46,275 bases of DNA from a virus (lineage: Duplodnaviria; Caudoviricetes), in IMG/VR virus record IMGVR_UViG_3300010398_000005, positions 1-46,275 of that record. The stretch is one strand, 5' to 3'. Positions 45,001 to 46,275 of this stretch are shown here, one piece after another. The translations under genes and the position numbers were made by a program. Numbering within the stretch: the stretch's first letter is position 1; every line of letters begins with the position of its first letter. The notes beneath the pieces were generated by a model. That model did no database searches. It was given only the letters and a program-made list of their open reading frames with translations, and was not told the DNA's origin.

Positions 45001-46275
45001 CGAGCCGGTGGGGTTCTTCCACCAGGAGCTGAACATCTCGATCGGCTCCGCTTCCTGCTCGCCGGCGGTCCCGCGCACGTAGTGAGCCACCCGGCCCAGC
45101 AACGGCAACGCGACGGTGCCGAACTTCAGCTCGCCGGCGGTCAACATGTTCGAGACGTTGCGGAGCCGCTGGCCGAACGCCGCCAACTCGGGTTCAGAAT
45201 CGAGCAGGGCCTGCCACTTCTCGGGCTCCTCCAGCGCCTGCAGAACGTCCTCCACCCGGCCGTCGTTCAGCCCCTCCAGTCCGGATGCCCGAGCCATCTC
45301 CTCGACGCGCCCCAGGACCCGGTTGCCCATGTCCCAGGCGGTCCCCGCGGCGCGGTCGAGCGCTCCCTGCTCCATCACCGAGTCGATCCTGGTTGCCGCC
45401 TCGTGCAAGCCCTGCAGCGCATTCCCGCTGTGCAGCTCGCGCAGCAGTCCACGCACCGCACCCTCGTGCTCGTCCAGGGTGTCGTGCAGCTCGGCCGACA
45501 CCCCCGTCAGAGGCGCCTTGGGCACGTGCGTGTACGGCGTCGAGGGAATGAACAGGTGGTCGTACGACGCTGCCAGAGTGGCCGGCGCCAGAGTCTCCTT
45601 GGCATGGCCACGGATCTCCTGGAGCAGGTTCTTGACCGTGTCCAGATCGCCGGCATCACGGGCCGTCTGCAGACGCTTGGTCAGGGCCTGCTGGCCGCGA
45701 GCGGCGGCCATGTACGCGGCGGCCGTGCCCTCCTCGATGCTCACGCCGCGGGCCTCGAACTGGCGCAGGGCCTCCTCGGGGTCGGGGCTCAGCACCTCGA
45801 TCTGTCTCTCCAGCGAGACCCCGGTGCGGATGTCCCGCGCCGCAGCCCGACCACCGAGCAGCAGGCCCGCCGCGGCGTCCACGTCAGCGATGTCCTTGCG
45901 CGCCGCCATGGCGGTGTCGAGCATGCCGCGGGCCACCTGGATGCCCTTGAACGCGCGTACCGGCGAACCGACCGAGAGCACGCCGGAGCCGGTCGAGACC
46001 AACGCCTGCACCAGGTGAGCGTCGGTGGGGTCGGTCACCTCCTGCGCCCAGCCCTGCACCAGCGCGGGCGCGGCCATCGCGCCGAACGCGGCGAAGATGA
46101 CCGGGGTCGCGGCGCCGCCGGTGACCGCCTCCAAGCCGACCACCGCCGCGATCGTGCCGAGCCCGATGGCAGTCTCGGCCAGCGCCTGCAGCGGGTTGGT
46201 CTGCCAGGTCTTGATGTAGTCCTGGACGGGCTTGACCACCTCCTGTTGCCAGAGCTGCTGCCCGGCCGCCCCCAC
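42013..46275 (-). CDS. Large internal virion/ejection protein (C-terminal 1420 aa; starts at 519 across the junction)
   Basis: Very long helical ORF between the portal and the SLT protein; hydrophobic N-proximal segments. Confidence 0.75.
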   Translation of the reverse strand: MGAAGQQLWQQEVVKPVQDYIKTWQTNPLQALAETAIGLGTIAAVVGLEAVTGGAATPVIFAAFGAMAAPALVQGWAQEVTDPTDAHLVQALVSTGSGVLSVGSPVRAFKGIQVARGMLDTAMAARKDIADVDAAAGLLLGGRAAARDIRTGVSLERQIEVLSPDPEEALRQFEARGVSIEEGTAAAYMAAARGQQALTKRLQTARDAGDLDTVKNLLQEIRGHAKETLAPATLAASYDHLFIPSTPYTHVPKAPLTGVSAELHDTLDEHEGAVRGLLRELHSGNALQGLHEAATRIDSVMEQGALDRAAGTAWDMGNRVLGRVEEMARASGLEGLNDGRVEDVLQALEEPEKWQALLDSEPELAAFGQRLRNVSNMLTAGELKFGTVALPLLGRVAHYVRGTAGEQEAEPIEMFSSWWKNPTGSRSRFWRVAVNDETGAVSFLPRTRSAIIKKFKDQTEFYEATHGHRQVYIANRSRISAMRRRFGQLEGKRGLGHGDPKVVAAARHKIDQMMIDAHTAMGPLAPELVGMEYKQLKKLRRAAPATQELVTGGEAVRQMLARHMHRMHMAVIGDGLRSHAQLNMQRLQTIFGETPMKTWGAAMELPSFKSRGELPDIVEGTVFLGQGKNAGSVEDNAQRLGYFLAHPAIGRQGDLHHRPALYARGDLANKIKQAEADTSAAGLQSGILDALYKVSGTSKRYVMYNPLFHRLNTAGRAFSFLLNDPVVARSAFNVVGELKKDSEAYYALLEEAGQAGMVHANQWNVSHHLQILQREEDGQQHFLGAIRNFGRAINDWHSEHLERGLWNSVDNTQLAAYVYMKTKMAAKGIPEVDARRASAQYANMLGGMVNPLYMNRMWRHLKGLVWFAPSYWATFLHSLQSMMPGAARLSQFMAEAGGGRFVRMSAVPLKALDYRARVELVRAQRSWMLTYLSTAAVSMDMMNVMFSGHHLWDNAQGHQFDIDVTNLTGTSPVDAQHPEPKPAYITTMPFFRQAADVANAIGLGQDYGFAHNFSDATWQRQDAFHKASMAMGALVDGVRREASGKVGAIPQAGYEALTGQSFYGNVGQGVNQPIDRWEALASLVPSGYQIQRIVKQYQQDQTQATGQQPDAGAFWKDATIGMLSSLAGVPSIYHMGVETPPIDDSKYQNWHSQRTAIHDQMVAYSNQVFAGGVAPAEYSRHKHDLEQRLAQLDIDTWGDSSPGASLASAYTQLSKQFGLDDQALSDQQWFELYDAFLPAWNQMLQAADPSSRAAWWEHHTQQWTDADYLEWEAQQLKEALAGSIDGQNGAYIRAVQNQLFQLKPYMSAADFKSLEDSDPAYSAYRTMLQNIGLTSPLGAFVSAFSSPFSTTAILPAGMTSEQAQEVSGSTGGYAVRAEEAQQLAQQARGVANEPQVAQAGGNAAASPELQAAVQAAEAGG
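46153..46275. repeat. Terminal direct repeat (copy 2)
   Basis: Identical to 1-123. Confidence 0.95.

Overview
The window looks like a complete, circularly assembled genome (about 46.15 kb; 1-123 repeats 46153-46275) of a GC-rich tailed phage. It is probably podovirus-like, and the host is probably Actinomycetota or a related high-GC lineage, judged from a DUF1906 lysin, an Lsr2-like domain, a sortase-like protein and leaderless genes. The minus strand carries one long arm: primase-helicase, terminase, portal, internal virion proteins, SLT/M23 hydrolase, capsid, adaptor, ClpX-like ATPase, tail and lysis genes. The plus strand (7.3-24.3 kb) carries early/middle genes: DUF932, HTH, Spo11/TOPRIM-like, SNF2 helicase, Lsr2-domain protein, Acb2/Tad1-like, Cas4-like, RusA and many small ORFs. 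No integrase or DNA polymerase is recognisable. The most striking signal is in the early operon, which is punctuated by seven elements matching the twister self-cleaving ribozyme: one P1-type and six circularly permuted P5-type, with covariation in P1, P2, P4 and both pseudoknots. Each permuted copy starts at the upstream stop codon and precedes a conserved GGAGGTTCT ribosome-binding site. The roughly 240-nt leader released by the first ribozyme carries sequences complementary to those sites. All protein calls come from motif recognition by eye; no database search was run.
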